NCBI GenBank assembly: GCA_964016885.1
Contig: OZ024740.1
Span: 405,852,001 to 405,916,000, forward strand
Length of the DNA stretch: 64,000 bases
Reading direction: 5' to 3'
Origin: Eledone cirrhosa
Taxonomy: Eukaryota
Of the stretch, positions 63,507 to 64,000 are shown piece by piece. The number at the start of each line of letters is the position of its first letter. Within the stretch, counting starts at the first letter, position 1. The position numbers were made by a program, and so were the translations under genes. The notes beneath the pieces were generated by a model. The model ran no database searches and had not been told where the DNA came from. It saw only the letters and a program-made list of their open reading frames with translations.

Positions 63507-64000
63507 TGTAGTAAGACGCCTTACGCCCCCGTGTCGGATAATGGACCAGGCCTAGTTGTCTCCTCCTGGTTGAGAACACTATTTAAGTAAGCAGCAATAT
63601 TACTTTCTCAGACAAGCCACGGAGACAGCAAACAGCAGACGGCCTTTGTACCACGAAACATCAGACAGCCTTTGGACCACGAGATCACACAGATGTCAAT
63701 ACACTGAACTCCTATGCCGAAGCCACAAGGATAGTGTTGGCCGAGCACTGGTTCATAACAGATTTCACTTTACTGGTCCCGTCACATTGGTGACCCAGAC
63801 GTGGGCGTTACATTGGTGACCCACGACAATTGTAATACGTTGCCTTCATTTCAACTGATCACGTCTATATTGGTATGTTGTTTCATTTGTAATATAACAA
63901 ACACATAATAGACAAAATAAACATCATCCTTATTTACATTGTTGAATATAACTCTCGTTGTGGTTATTATCTTGTCTACACACACACCCACTCACTTGTT
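63507..64000 (+). repeat. 3' LTR module A (63507-63786) plus repeated PBS-PBS-module B sequence to the window end
   Basis: Matches 58158-58650 throughout. Confidence 0.9.

Larger units (their letters stand above)
58158..64000 (+). mobile_element. Ty3/Gypsy LTR retrotransposon, CsRn1/Kabuki-like lineage; runs off the window
   Basis: Direct terminal repeats, tRNA-Trp PBS, CHCC gag motif, PR (LIDTGA), RT (YVDD), RNase H (VDASD, TDHKPL), then integrase ([23 protein letters not shown]). PPT before the 3' LTR. Confidence 0.95.

Overview
AT-rich animal genomic DNA, most likely a coleoid cephalopod (Octopus-like; inferred from the SINE/RTE repertoire, not proven). The only host gene is a complete 7-exon POFUT1 (protein O-fucosyltransferase 1) on the minus strand, 34249 to 3422, 378 aa, assembled by hand with GT-AG sites and consistent phases. 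Its introns hold: a 26-bp minisatellite with a 5'-truncated RTE LINE inside it; a near full-length RTE LINE whose ORF has a PHD finger inside the RT and a single UAG at a conserved Trp codon; several decayed RTE copies; tRNA-derived SINEs; a 48-bp minisatellite derived from a LINE/SINE 3' module; and a Penelope-like element with inverted terminal repeats. About 1.1 kb upstream of the POFUT1 ATG a ~22.8-kb 27/21-bp satellite begins. It ends at a CsRn1-like Ty3/Gypsy LTR retrotransposon whose terminal region has three tRNA-Trp PBS-like sites and two 279-bp LTR-like modules. The many long ORFs in the satellite are repeat artefacts. The best leads are the possibly A-to-I-editable amber codon in the RTE, the compound LTR/multi-PBS structure, and the PHD-in-RT.
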